Notes: generated from the letters alone by a model not told the origin. Counted from the first letter of the stretch, positions 1-10,330 are shown. The stretch is 64,000 bases of DNA from Candidatus Eiseniibacteriota bacterium (GCA_963783375.1 CAWANH010000029.1:1504001-1568000), one strand, 5' to 3'. Translations and numbers: made by a program.

Positions 1-52
1 GAGGGCCGAAAGCCACGCTCAGGTCCAGGTCGTAGCCGATCCCCGAAAGCGC

Positions 53-244
53 TTAAGAGTGGGGCTCGGGAGCGTACGGATCGGCGCCGTCCAAGGATAC
101 GCTCTCGTTTCCGGCCGGGAGCGAGATGGTCTCGTCCCAGAGGGCTTTGGAAAGGGAGAACTGCGCGACCGCCGAGACGGGAAGCAGGACGGAGCCTGCG
201 GCGAGAATGAGAAGGTACGCGGCCATGCGCCGGACTTGTGCCAT
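53..244 (-). CDS. Possible N-terminus of an exported protein (truncated or frameshifted)
   Basis: MAQVRRMAAYLLILAAGSVLLPVSAVAQ reads as a Sec signal peptide with an AVA-Q cleavage site. The frame stops after about 63 aa, close to the window edge. Confidence 0.3.
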   Translation of the reverse strand: MAQVRRMAAYLLILAAGSVLLPVSAVAQFSLSKALWDETISLPAGNESVSLDGADPYAPEPHS

Positions 245-584
245 GAAATCCCTCCGGAAAGCGGGCACGACATCGACGGCCACTGTGCCCGCCTGCCCCG
301 AGCGCCCTGTACAGTGCAACTCGAATTTCATAGGATCTACTCGGCTCTCTCAACCCGGCCGTTCCAGCCGGCGCCACGGAGGGCCCAGGAACCCCGGATC
401 CTGGTCCGCCAGGGGCCAGGCCCGGGCGAACCCGCCCTCCGGAGGGAGAGGAGGCGGGTGAAGGCGGGGCCGGGGGCGAGGCCTCACCGGGGGGGGCGCC
501 GGACCAGACCTCGCGGCCCGCTCGGGAGCCGGGGCGCCGACACATCCGGTCCGGGAATCGCGGTGAACGCGCCGGGTCCGTGCT

Positions 585-1607
585 CTACCTTCCCCCTTCG
601 ATAACCCCGTCGAGAAAGGAGTGCACGCACTTCCCGAGTGCCTCGACATTGTATCCGCCTTCCTGGCAGATCAGCGTCGGAATGCCGAGCGACATGATAC
701 GCCGGCCCACTTCGCGGTAGTCGTCCAGATCAAGCTTGAATCCACCGATTGGGTCGTTCCGGTAGGTGTCGAAGCCCGCGGCGATTATCAGGTAGGCCGG
801 ACCGAACGCCGCGGCCGCTTCCAGGAACCGGTCGAGCGCGGAAAGGTAGGCTTCGCCACCGCTGCCCAACGGCAGAGGGAGGTTGAGATTGGTCCCCTCT
901 CCCTGGCCGCGGCCCGTCTCCTCCGCATACCCCCAGAAGTACGGATACTCGACTTCCGGGTCGCCGTGAATCGAGGCGGTGAAGACCGACTTCTGCTCCT
1001 GGAAGAACTCCTGCGTCCCGTTCCCGTGGTGGTAGTCGATGTCGAGGATCGCGACCGTTCCGCGGGGGACGAGGTACTCGGCAGCGGTCGCGACGTTGTT
1101 GAAGTAGCAGTAGCCGCCGAAGACACGCGGCCCGGCATGGTGCCCTGACGGGCGACACAGCGAATAGACGACCCGCTCGGACCCGTCCGTGATGAGCCTT
1201 GCCCCCGTCAACGCGGTCTCTGCCGAGGCCCGGGCTACCTCGTAGGTCCTCTTCATGATGGGGGTAACCGCATCGGTGCACCAGATGCCGCCCCAGAGCG
1301 GTGAGTCGATCCGTTTTGGCAGCCGGGCCCCCTCTCCGGGGAAGAGATCCGGGTAGATCTCCTCCGTGTCGCTCTCGAGGCTCTCGGAGATCGTTCGGAT
1401 GAAATCATGGTACGGGTGGATGTTCGCGATCAGGCGTTCGGGAAACCTCTCGGCCGTGATGGTCTCAAAGCGATCGTCCTTGCCGAGGACGTCCTTGATG
1501 GCCGCCACTCGCATCGGTGTGTCCTTGACCTCGTACGACTCCCTGCCCAACTGAAATTTCCAATATGGGTTGTGAAGGCTGTCGTTGTATTTTTCAATGA
1601 CTTTCAT
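585..1607 (-). CDS. Histone deacetylase family protein (acetylpolyamine amidohydrolase-like)
   Basis: Motifs RPSGHH, GGYCYFNN, DIDYHHGNG, SIHGDP, GFDTY and EGGY supply the Zn ligands and catalytic His/Tyr of the HDAC/APAH family. Confidence 0.92.
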   Translation of the reverse strand: MKVIEKYNDSLHNPYWKFQLGRESYEVKDTPMRVAAIKDVLGKDDRFETITAERFPERLIANIHPYHDFIRTISESLESDTEEIYPDLFPGEGARLPKRIDSPLWGGIWCTDAVTPIMKRTYEVARASAETALTGARLITDGSERVVYSLCRPSGHHAGPRVFGGYCYFNNVATAAEYLVPRGTVAILDIDYHHGNGTQEFFQEQKSVFTASIHGDPEVEYPYFWGYAEETGRGQGEGTNLNLPLPLGSGGEAYLSALDRFLEAAAAFGPAYLIIAAGFDTYRNDPIGGFKLDLDDYREVGRRIMSLGIPTLICQEGGYNVEALGKCVHSFLDGVIEGGR

Positions 1608-2175
1608 GGATCTCCTTTCCCGTTCTCAGGATCTCGATCACCCGGTCATGGGGAATCGCCGGCGCAAACCGATCGCTTCTCCCCGACATGCCGCTCGAGC
1701 AGAAGATGGCATTCAGCGCCGCTTCCTCCGTCGCTTCGATCACAGCCTCGTAGATTGCGTCGATGTGGGAGTCCGAGATGCATTTCAAGTCGATGAATCT
1801 CGAAGCCTTGCTCACGCGAGGGCTACGAATGCCCGTGCTGAGCGCAAGGATGAACTCTCCGCTTGTCGATGCGGCATATGATCCGGCGCGACCGAGCCCA
1901 AGCGCGGCCCGTTTGGAAACACGGTTGAGCTGGCTCGCAAGCATCGGCACATCCGTAGCCACGATCACGATAGCCGATCCCTCGGCATTGACGCGCCGCC
2001 CCTTGCGATCGAAGACCATGTCGAGTTCCCGGCCGATGACCTTGCCGTCGATGGTCAGATTCCTCATCTTCCCGAGGTTGGAGAGAATCAGGACCCCGAG
2101 TGTGAATTGCCCTTCCGGAAGCTCCAGCGCGCGTGACGACGTGCCGATACCACCGGCGAAGTCGAAGGACATCAT
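1594..2175 (-). CDS. C-terminal half of a DmpA/P1 (S58) aminopeptidase, continuing the upstream ORF across a 1-nt frameshift
   Basis: FAGGIGTSSR, the autoproteolytic G-S site in AEGSAIVIVATD, and EATEEA. Adding one base near 2180 gives GSVGAG-x-GMMSFDFAGGIG. Confidence 0.85.
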   Translation of the reverse strand: MMSFDFAGGIGTSSRALELPEGQFTLGVLILSNLGKMRNLTIDGKVIGRELDMVFDRKGRRVNAEGSAIVIVATDVPMLASQLNRVSKRAALGLGRAGSYAASTSGEFILALSTGIRSPRVSKASRFIDLKCISDSHIDAIYEAVIEATEEAALNAIFCSSGMSGRSDRFAPAIPHDRVIEILRTGKEIHESH

Positions 2176-3743
2176 GCCGGCCCCGCTCCCACCGAGCCCT
2201 GCTCAATGGGGCCCGATGTCGCGGTCTGAATGGCGCGAACGGCGTCCTGTACCGTGGACGTACCGACTCGCACATCGTTGAGGAACGAGTCGTCCGCCTC
2301 TCCAACCACTGGAATTGCCACGTCCGTCTCGGTTCCAAGAGTCGGATACTTCCCGGCCAGATAGGCGATCACGCCGGAGTGAACCCGGCCCACGGAATGC
2401 GAGTTCGTGAGCAGGATCGGCGTCTCCAGCCATCCACACTCCTTCACCTGGTTCAGCCCGGCCATCTCACCGACACCGTTGAGAACGAACCCCCCGGCGA
2501 CCACCCGCTTGGTGAAGGTCCGGCCCGCGGACAGGATCGCGGTCACCCCGGTCCGCACCCGCGTCTTTTCAGACAACCCCGGTATCTGGACATCGTCCTC
2601 GATTCGGGTGACATGTCCTACGCGGACCCCCGGAATGTCGGTAATCGAATTGTTCAATCCCGCGCGCATTCGTCCCACCCGGATTCCGAGTTCCCGTAGC
2701 GTGGCCCGCTGGGGAGCGTGCTCCACATCCTCGGTCACCGCCTTCCGGACCGGCCGTATCGCCAAGCCATAGCGCCGGGCGGCCGAGCGGATGATCAAGC
2801 GCATGACCGCCTTGTAGTCGAGGCCCTTCTGTTTCGCCGCCACCATCAACGACGCGTTGGGGTGAAGGCTTGGAAGGGGGTTCAACTCGATGAAGAAGGG
2901 TTCCCCGCTCTCGTTGAGCCTTATGTCGACACGACCCACATCGGGACAGCTCATCGCTTCAAAGACGCGGCGCGCCATCTCGATGACTCTTGCCCCCTCC
3001 GCCTTCGTCGTCGACGCGGGACAGAGAACATGAACCGCTTCCGCGGCTTCTCCGCCTTGCTTCATCTCGTAGTCGTAGACGTTGAACTTCCCACCGCTTC
3101 GTTCCAGATCGAATGTGTGCTCGACGATGTCGAGAACCTGGCCCTGAAAGCTCTCGAGAATGGGGACGCTGAGCTCCTTCCCGTGAATGAACTCCTCGAC
3201 GACGAGTCCGGCGGGGTACCGGTCGAGCAGAATGCCGATTCTCAGTTGCGCGGTGCCCGGGTCCTCGACCACCGACTCCTGCGTGATCCCCTTGCTCGAA
3301 CCTTCCTTGTTGGGCTTGATCATCAAGGGGTATTGAAGGGTGTCGGGCAAGGGCTGGTCCTTGCGCGTCACCAGGATCCCCTGCGGCACCCGAATTCCAC
3401 GTGACGCAAGCACCGTCTTCGCGAGGTTCTTGTCGAGATTCAGGTGCAACAGTGATGCGTTCCCGCCCGTGAACGGAATACCGAGCTGCTCGTAGAGTCC
3501 CGGATAGAACGCTTCCCGTGAACTGCCGATCGTTCCCTCGGCGACATTGAAGATCAGGTCCGGCTCGCTCTGCAGAAGCCGGTCGACCACCTCGTTGGGC
3601 TTTCCGGACACTTCGACCGGCGTGACGGTGTGTCCCAGGGCGGAAATTGCCCCCGAAATCCGCTCGATATCCTCCGCGGTGAGATGCTCGGCCGTTTCCT
3701 CCGACATCACGATCCGCAGATTGTACGCAACAGTGATTCTCAT
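2172..3743 (-). CDS. D-Ala-D-Ala ligase-like ATP-grasp protein fused to the N-terminal half of a DmpA/P1 peptidase
   Basis: ATP-grasp motifs FNVAEG, LDK, MIKPNKEGSSKGI, VEEFIHG, RVDIR and IELNPLPSL, followed by DmpA motifs NSITDIPGVRVGH, RTGVTAI and PVVGEADD. ATG at 3743 has a purine-rich RBS. Confidence 0.85.
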   Translation of the reverse strand: MRITVAYNLRIVMSEETAEHLTAEDIERISGAISALGHTVTPVEVSGKPNEVVDRLLQSEPDLIFNVAEGTIGSSREAFYPGLYEQLGIPFTGGNASLLHLNLDKNLAKTVLASRGIRVPQGILVTRKDQPLPDTLQYPLMIKPNKEGSSKGITQESVVEDPGTAQLRIGILLDRYPAGLVVEEFIHGKELSVPILESFQGQVLDIVEHTFDLERSGGKFNVYDYEMKQGGEAAEAVHVLCPASTTKAEGARVIEMARRVFEAMSCPDVGRVDIRLNESGEPFFIELNPLPSLHPNASLMVAAKQKGLDYKAVMRLIIRSAARRYGLAIRPVRKAVTEDVEHAPQRATLRELGIRVGRMRAGLNNSITDIPGVRVGHVTRIEDDVQIPGLSEKTRVRTGVTAILSAGRTFTKRVVAGGFVLNGVGEMAGLNQVKECGWLETPILLTNSHSVGRVHSGVIAYLAGKYPTLGTETDVAIPVVGEADDSFLNDVRVGTSTVQDAVRAIQTATSGPIEQGSVGAGPA

Positions 3744-3949
3744 TCCCGCCCTTTCGCATCGCCGGGTCAGGTCCCGAACGAAACCCACGTGCAATTCGAA
3801 TGTTGCGTCGAGTATACATGAAACGTAGGCGCGCCCCGCCGAAGCGAGGACCTTCACCACCATGGTGACCGGCTTGGACAACACCCAGGTAACGTGGACC
3901 GTCGGCGCGGGCGACGTCGCCGGCGATATCCATGCCGCGGTCGATCCGC

Positions 3950-4139
3950 CGGGGAAGGAATCTCACTGCCGATCCTGACCGTCTTCACCCTCGACGCCAC
4001 CCAAATGAAGGAGTACCTGGTCGGACAGCCGGCCCGGATCGAGCGGGCCAACCCGCCAACCTGGAGCGTGATCATGGTCAACATCGGCTTCCGGGCGGAG
4101 AACGCCGTCATGGGTTCTCCGTGGCCCGGCGCCCCTTGA
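3950..4139 (+). pseudogene. Gene remnant of unknown family
   Basis: About 50 codons with strong G/C bias at third positions (ISLPILTVFTLDATQMKEYLVGQ...). No credible start codon or RBS. Confidence 0.35.
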
Positions 4140-4211
4140 GTTCGGACCCGGTACCCGCACCGGGGTCGTGATGCCACCCCGGCCGGCGGGAAGTCCCGGT
4201 CGCGGGTGGGG

Positions 4212-7200
4212 TCAGATCTGGTCCTTGATGTGCCGGTACAATTTCTTCAGAAAGCCGAGGCCCTCCACCTCGGGGTATACCGCGTCGAATTCCGCTTCGT
4301 CCGAAGGCCAAGTCGCGCTGCCCAGAACAAACATGAAGTCGGGGAGCGTGATCAAACCGTCCCGACCGGACACCGCCACCAGGGCCTCCCCGTCCAGGAG
4401 CATCCCACGGCGGTCCTGGTTCTGGGACCCGACGAACAACCGGGCGATGGGCCGTCCGTCCTTCCCCGGAGGCGAGGACGCGAACGTGGAATCCAGGATC
4501 GCCCCCATGGCGCTCGCGGCTCCCCCGCCGGACGGCGCGTCGAGGATGTCGGGGACGATCCCCTCGGTATCGCGGCCGTAGACCTGTCGGGACCGGATCT
4601 CGAGGTACCTCTCCAGCACGGCGGCCCATTCCGGCCGGGTCAGGCTCTGGAGCACCCCCCGGGTGAAGAACAGGTGCGTCTTGGAGTGGAGGAACGGCCG
4701 GTGCTCGGCGGGGAGTGGGATGATCCCGCCCGCCTCCTGATCCCCGGTGGTGGGAGCGGGGGGGAGGGATGTCTCTTCCTTCCGCAGCACATCCAGCACG
4801 CTCGCGTCGAAGGGGAACTCCGACTCGAGAAACGGGGTGGCCGCCCTGCGTTCCAGGACCTCCCGGATCCGCCCGGGAACGTCGTACACCGGCGTCTTCA
4901 GGTCATAGAAGCCCACGTGGAGAACACCGCCCGCGGACGAGAGCTCGCTCTTGAAATACCGGGATGCGTCGAAGAGCCGGCGCATGTTCTCGCGCATGAG
5001 GACCAGGGTCGGAACGGCACTGCTGGGCGCGTTCTCCGGAACCGGGCTCACCACGTAGACGCGAGCCCCCCGAAGCGCGGCCCCGACGACCATTCCCGCC
5101 CAGTAGTCGCTGATCCAGAGCGAATCGAAGGTCAGAATGCAGCTCTCCCTGGGGGCCAGGTTGTAGCACATGGCCTTGAGGGCGGTGGCCGGCTTCGCTC
5201 CGTAGCCGGTGCGGTTGAACAGAAGCGTCACGGGCGTGGTCCAGCCGCGTTCCCGGAGGGCGCGGCAGCGGGATTCGTAGTCCGGCGGGACGGGGAGTTC
5301 CCGCAGGTATTCGGGGACCTCGTCGGGACGGAATCCCTGACTCAGACAGAGCTCGCGTGTGGAGGTCTTGAGCTTGACCAGGGCGGGTCCGCGGACGCGA
5401 AGACTCCGATCCTCCCAGGTGGCGCCGTTGTAGTGCTCCCCCACCCCCTTGCCGGTGAAGATAGCCTCGCCCGACCCGGGATCCGTCTCGAAGACGTCCC
5501 GAAAACACAACTTCCGGTGGTCCCGGTAGGGGGAATCGGCGGCGAAGGCCCGGTCGAAGGGGTTGGTCACGTTGACCTGGACCCGGATGAGCTCCTCCCG
5601 GCGTTCTTGACTCACTCCCCGGAACGCCGCCGACGCGTCCACGGTCTCGCGCAGGCGGCGTTGGGCGGAATCCAGCCGTCGCCGGAGGTCGTCGGGCCGG
5701 AGGTGGGGCTCGTCGGGCTGGTAGAGGTGCTCCAGATGGGTGATGATCTGTCGCGAGCGGTTGTCCTGGTAGTAGTTCTCGTCGAGAAAGAGCAGGAATT
5801 GGGGGAGCCGCTCCCTCTCTCCCGCGTCAAGCGCCACCACCGCTTCGCGGAAGGCCTCGATGTAGCCGTCGATCACCAGGTCCCAGCCGAAGAGGTCGGT
5901 CTTCCCGCTCTTCCAACGTCCGCGCAGGTCGTGAATGTGCAGGACGTGGTAGGTCTCGGTGTCCCGGATCATCCGCTTGAGCTCGAGGTGGAACTGCTCG
6001 TTGGGGAGGTATTCGATCGTGTTGGCGTCGGTGGAGACTCCCCCGGTCAGCGCCGTCGCCAGGGAGTCCCACTCCTCGGGGGTGTCGTACTGGGAGGGGC
6101 GGAGCCCGTAGTTGAGGGGCAGCCAGACCAGGCGGGACTGCTGCAGCCAGAAGATGATCGATTGCTTCCAACGCTTCCTGGACGCTTCCGCCACCCCGTT
6201 GATCCGGGCCACCGTACGCCGGAATGCCTCCCGGCACCACATCCGCCCCAGTCGGTTTCGCTCCGGATCCGGCCCGTTCAGGGCGGGGTAGGCGGCCAGG
6301 TACGCGTCGAAGTCCATCCGCGCCGCAAGCGCCAGCCCCCACACGTTGTGGGGCTTCTTGTTCTGACCGAACAACCGGTTGAAGGGGATAAGGATCCGCT
6401 TAAGGATCACCGACTCCGCCTCGCGAGCAATCGCCTCACCGGACGCGCCGTCCCCACCCACCGCAATCCGGAAGGCATGGGCCAGCTCCCGATGGTAGGC
6501 GGCGTCCTCCTCCGCAAAGGTGTGGCCCGGGCGGCGGATGTGATCCCGGTAGGCGCGGGCGTCCCCCTCGAATTCGTCCCCGCCCCCGAACCTGGGCGTG
6601 AGCAGCTCGTCCATCCACTTGACCGCGGTTTCCACCCGCTGCATGGAGGCATCGAAGCCCGCCGGCATCTCCGTAGCTACCAGAGCCCGGTCGGGCTTCG
6701 GCCGCTCCCCTTCGGGCAGCGACGCGTGGATCTCCCGCGGGCGGGTCATCCGGTAGGAGCGAAACGGACTGTTGAAGGTGAACCCCACCAGCACCTGCCG
6801 GTCCCAAGGGCGATAGTCCAGGCGGAGTTCATCTCCGTTCCGGAAGAGCCCTCCCCGCTTCAGGGCGATCTCGGCGCAGATGTCCGGGATGTACTCGTGA
6901 TCGGCAAAGCTATACTCGATCCCCGCCTTCACCCACGGAATCTTGAGGTAGGCGCCGATACCCAGGTCGAGAGAGCTCCCTACGGTGCCCACCACCCCTT
7001 CCATGGTCAGGTTGGCCAACCCCACCTGCGGAACGCTCGGAGTGGCGTTCGCAGCGATGAAGAGCCTGGACCTCTGGCGCTCGGCGTCGAAATCGTAGCC
7101 GCCCAGCGGACCCCAGGTGAGGGTCACACGCCGGGGTTGACCCATGGTGCGGGGGGTGTCGGGAAACGGGGCAGGGGGAGCCGCGGTCGCCGGGACGGCG

Positions 7201-7253
7201 GCGAACAGACTGAGCAGAGCCAGACCGAGGGGCCGAAGGCGCGTCCGTATCAC
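4212..7253 (-). CDS. Large exported phospholipase D-superfamily protein
   Basis: Signal peptide. Canonical HxKx4D motif (HRKLCFRD) and a second, degenerate one (HSKTHLFF ... GSQNQDRRG). GTG start with GGAGG RBS. Confidence 0.75.
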   Translation of the reverse strand: MIRTRLRPLGLALLSLFAAVPATAAPPAPFPDTPRTMGQPRRVTLTWGPLGGYDFDAERQRSRLFIAANATPSVPQVGLANLTMEGVVGTVGSSLDLGIGAYLKIPWVKAGIEYSFADHEYIPDICAEIALKRGGLFRNGDELRLDYRPWDRQVLVGFTFNSPFRSYRMTRPREIHASLPEGERPKPDRALVATEMPAGFDASMQRVETAVKWMDELLTPRFGGGDEFEGDARAYRDHIRRPGHTFAEEDAAYHRELAHAFRIAVGGDGASGEAIAREAESVILKRILIPFNRLFGQNKKPHNVWGLALAARMDFDAYLAAYPALNGPDPERNRLGRMWCREAFRRTVARINGVAEASRKRWKQSIIFWLQQSRLVWLPLNYGLRPSQYDTPEEWDSLATALTGGVSTDANTIEYLPNEQFHLELKRMIRDTETYHVLHIHDLRGRWKSGKTDLFGWDLVIDGYIEAFREAVVALDAGERERLPQFLLFLDENYYQDNRSRQIITHLEHLYQPDEPHLRPDDLRRRLDSAQRRLRETVDASAAFRGVSQERREELIRVQVNVTNPFDRAFAADSPYRDHRKLCFRDVFETDPGSGEAIFTGKGVGEHYNGATWEDRSLRVRGPALVKLKTSTRELCLSQGFRPDEVPEYLRELPVPPDYESRCRALRERGWTTPVTLLFNRTGYGAKPATALKAMCYNLAPRESCILTFDSLWISDYWAGMVVGAALRGARVYVVSPVPENAPSSAVPTLVLMRENMRRLFDASRYFKSELSSAGGVLHVGFYDLKTPVYDVPGRIREVLERRAATPFLESEFPFDASVLDVLRKEETSLPPAPTTGDQEAGGIIPLPAEHRPFLHSKTHLFFTRGVLQSLTRPEWAAVLERYLEIRSRQVYGRDTEGIVPDILDAPSGGGAASAMGAILDSTFASSPPGKDGRPIARLFVGSQNQDRRGMLLDGEALVAVSGRDGLITLPDFMFVLGSATWPSDEAEFDAVYPEVEGLGFLKKLYRHIKDQI

Positions 7254-7406
7254 GGAACCCTCCTGGTCAAGGGATTCGCCCGATCCGGACCAACATCAAT
7301 TATATCCGATCGTATTTCAAGGACAATCTTCGGACTCTCAGACGGCCGGCTACCGTTGTCCGCTTCGCTCGGGAGGCGTGGCGCAACCACCGCCCCCGGT
7401 GGGGAC

Positions 7407-7942
7407 TCAGGGGTTCCTCCCGGGGGGTTGATCCCGCGTTTCCGGCTCAGCCAGGGTTCGCAAGTAGGCTAGGTCCACGATCTGCTCACCGGAGAGAGTG
7501 TTTCCATAGGCGGGCATGAGAATCGACTTGTTCATTCCGCGCCCGCCCTGGGACACCACCTCCTTCAGGGTTTCGTCCGAAATGGCGTCCTGGTACTTCA
7601 GGTCGGTGAGATCTCGAGGTTTCGGGTCGAGGTTGTACGCGTTGAAGCCGTCTCCCCGGCCCCCTTCCCCATGGCACGCCGAGCAGTAGTGGTGAAACAG
7701 GCGCATTCCCCGTCGCTCGGCGTAGCTGAAGAGGAAGAGGGTGTCCGGGAGCGCTTGCCCCTCGGCGACGGCCGTCCCCCCCCGGCGGCGGCGGTGGATT
7801 CGGCGACCACGCCCGGGCTGTCCCCCGCCCCGGCCGCCCCGTGGTCCCCATTCGTCTCCGGGCTCGTCTTCACGCATCCGTCCCTGCCGGCCACGACCGG
7901 TCCGAGTGCAACATTCATTGCCGGCCAAGCCCGTCGCATCAT
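7407..7942 (-). CDS. Mono-heme c-type cytochrome, frameshifted near a C8 run at ~7776-7783
   Basis: CSACH heme motif with a distal Met (MPAY). The N-terminal part (MMRRAWP...GCVKTS) lies in another frame. Confidence 0.65.
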
Positions 7943-8110
7943 CCTCCCCGTATCGTCATGAGGTAGGCGGCGATACTCTTCGCCTCGTGCTCGCTCATTC
8001 CCGCCTCAGGCTCCATGGTTCCAGGGCGATATCGGGCCGGATCCTCCAACCATCGGACGATCCAGCCTGGCTGTAACCGGTCTTCGGCTCCGTCCAGCGG
8101 AGGCCCCACG
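7939..8110 (-). pseudogene. C-terminal fragment of a second c-type cytochrome
   Basis: GPPLDGAEDRLQPGWIVRWLEDPARYRPGTMEP...IAAYLM is a typical cytochrome c tail. The CxxCH-bearing part is absent. Confidence 0.55.
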
Positions 8111-8442
8111 GATCCTCCCCGGGAACCGAGGTGACCTCGTGGGAGTAGGCCTTCGCCGAGACCGGATCCGCCGGGGGGGACGGGTTGCGCTCGCCGGAGA
8201 GTCGGCTCACCACCAGCCGGTGCGCGCAGAAGTCGAGAGACATCGAGAACTGGCTCCGGTCGTAGGGTATCGCCGAGGTCGTGAATCCCTCGGGTCACGT
8301 ACAGCGGTGCGCGCCACCAGTGGTTGAGCCGGCGCGCGTGAGCCAGGCGCACCTTGCCCACGATCTGGGTCCAGCGATGCAGGGTCAGATAGGTCGGCTC
8401 CCACTCACCGAGCGGCAACGCGGGCCATGCCGGGGGTTCCAT
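8111..8442 (-). pseudogene. DUF5996-family pseudogene (frameshifted, internally deleted)
   Basis: WPALPL.EW..TY.TLHRWTQIVGKVRLA and NHWW in one frame; LDFCAHRL and AYSHEV in another, with most of the middle missing. Confidence 0.65.
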
Positions 8443-8461
8443 TCGCTCCCCCCAATCGCCG

Positions 8462-9013
8462 TCAGGCGTCCACGAAATCCACGAACCCCGCCACGTAGCG
8501 GGCCAACCGCTCCCGAACCGCGTCGTCGACCAGCTTGCCGGAATCGTCGAACGCCTGGCCGGCGGCGGGGACGTAGATCTGGCGGCCGGACCAGAGCTGG
8601 ACGCCGAGGACCCGGAGCACCGGCAACCAGGCGGCCTGGGCCATCCGGGTTCCGCCCGAACCGGTGGAAGCGCCGATCAGCCCGACCGGCTTGCCGCCGA
8701 ATACGCGCGGGATGTCCCTTGCCGGCCGGGAAAGCCAGTCGACCGCGTTCTTGAACACGCCGGGGATGGAATTGTTGTACTCCGGGGTCGCCAGCAGCAG
8801 GCCGTCGGCCGCGACGATCCGCTCCTTCAGCGCGCTCACCGGCTCCGGAGACCCGTTCGCGACATCCCGGTCGGCGTCGTAGAGCGGGATGCCGGCGATC
8901 GACGCGGTCTCCAACGTCACTCCGGCCGGTGCGAGCTCCGCCGCCGCCCGCAGCAGGGCGGAGTTGTACGATCCCGCGCGCAGGCTGCCGGCGATTCCGA
9001 TGATGGTGCTCAT
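8462..9013 (-). CDS. NADPH-dependent FMN reductase (ChrR/SsuE-like)
   Basis: GSLRAGSYN, TPEYNNSIPGVFKNAVDWLSR and GKPVGLIGAS motifs. Confidence 0.93.
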   Translation of the reverse strand: MSTIIGIAGSLRAGSYNSALLRAAAELAPAGVTLETASIAGIPLYDADRDVANGSPEPVSALKERIVAADGLLLATPEYNNSIPGVFKNAVDWLSRPARDIPRVFGGKPVGLIGASTGSGGTRMAQAAWLPVLRVLGVQLWSGRQIYVPAAGQAFDDSGKLVDDAVRERLARYVAGFVDFVDA

Positions 9014-9074
9014 GTATCTCCTCCGATGCCCGGAATCGGACGCGCGCCGCGTCCTCGGGCTGTACTGCTTTCGG

Positions 9075-10109
9075 TCAATATCGATCCCGCCAGGTCATCC
9101 ATGCCCCGTGGATGTCGCAGTCGGCGAGGGACCGGGCATCCCGCTCGCCGCCCCGATACTCCACCAGCTCCAGCCGCGGCCCCGGGTCGTCCCCCAGCCA
9201 CTCGAGCGAGACCTCCATCAGATCCCGGTCCCGGCTCAACTCCGCCAGTCGCGCCGGGAAGGCCGCGCGCCAGTCTTCGCTCATCTGGTAGACGGCGTTG
9301 CTGTGGAAGACGCAGACCGGCATCCGGGGAGGCGCGTCGGCCATCAGCCCTCCCACCGTCTCCAGGGCGTCTCCCCGGACCAGCCGCGGCGGATCCTCCC
9401 GGGCCAGGCCGGCCGCGGCGCGAAGGAGTTCCAGCCGATGCACCTGATCCGGCCAGATGAGGGCTTCCATCCACCGTACGGCGTCGGGATCGGTCACATC
9501 CACCGGCGCGAGGTCGATGCCCACCCGCGCGCCGATCCCGGGGAGCGTCGAGGGAACCGGGCACGGGGCGGGGCCTCGGAGTTCGGTGCGTATCACCGCA
9601 GGAGAGGCGGGGCCGCACTCGCGACCGCCCGAGTACGCGTACCGGTAACGATCGAAGAAGAGGTTCAGGCCGGCGCTGGCCCCCACCTCGATCAGGTAGA
9701 GCGGAGAACGGCCTCCGCTCTCCCAGGCCAGGGAGAGAGCAGGGAGGAGGAGCCCCGATCGTCCGACTTCGTTGGTCTGCACCCGGCGCGTCCGGACCAG
9801 CTCGCGGATCGCGCCCTCGTGCCGCCGGCAGAAGTCGACGAAGACCGGATAGGCCCCGTCCGGGTCCTCACCACCGCCCACCGAGGGGTAAAGACGGCGG
9901 AGGGGGTGCTCCGCGCCGCTCAGGAGAAGATAGTGGACCGCACCGAAGAGGAGGTTCACCGGCGGATGCCCCTGCCGCCCGCCCCGGGCGAGGGAGAGGA
10001 TGGAGTCGTCCGCCGAGACGCCTTCCGCGAGCGCCTCGTAGAGCGGGGCCCGACCGGCGCACATGCCGGCGAAGAACCGGAACTCCCGCGCGATCTCTTC
10101 GAGTTCCAT
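9075..10109 (-). CDS. DUF2332 family protein
   Basis: QTNEVGRS, LIEVGASAGLNL, GIDLAP and HGAW motifs. ATG at 10109 with GGAG RBS. Confidence 0.8.
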   Translation of the reverse strand: MELEEIAREFRFFAGMCAGRAPLYEALAEGVSADDSILSLARGGRQGHPPVNLLFGAVHYLLLSGAEHPLRRLYPSVGGGEDPDGAYPVFVDFCRRHEGAIRELVRTRRVQTNEVGRSGLLLPALSLAWESGGRSPLYLIEVGASAGLNLFFDRYRYAYSGGRECGPASPAVIRTELRGPAPCPVPSTLPGIGARVGIDLAPVDVTDPDAVRWMEALIWPDQVHRLELLRAAAGLAREDPPRLVRGDALETVGGLMADAPPRMPVCVFHSNAVYQMSEDWRAAFPARLAELSRDRDLMEVSLEWLGDDPGPRLELVEYRGGERDARSLADCDIHGAWMTWRDRY

Positions 10110-10330
10110 GGGATGCTCCAATCCACGTGGAAGGGGTTGCGGCCCGCCGGCCGATCGGGACGGATCGGGGTCATGCCGACCGGATGACAATGCCACAACC
10201 TCTTCAGGCATCACAATCTCCCCGGTCCCGCCACCCTTCGACCGCGGGCCCTCCGGTTTCGTTTGCGCGGTGGATGCCCTACAATCCTTCGATCCCTAAA
10301 CGCCACCGTCCTCCATCACCGAGACCGTTC

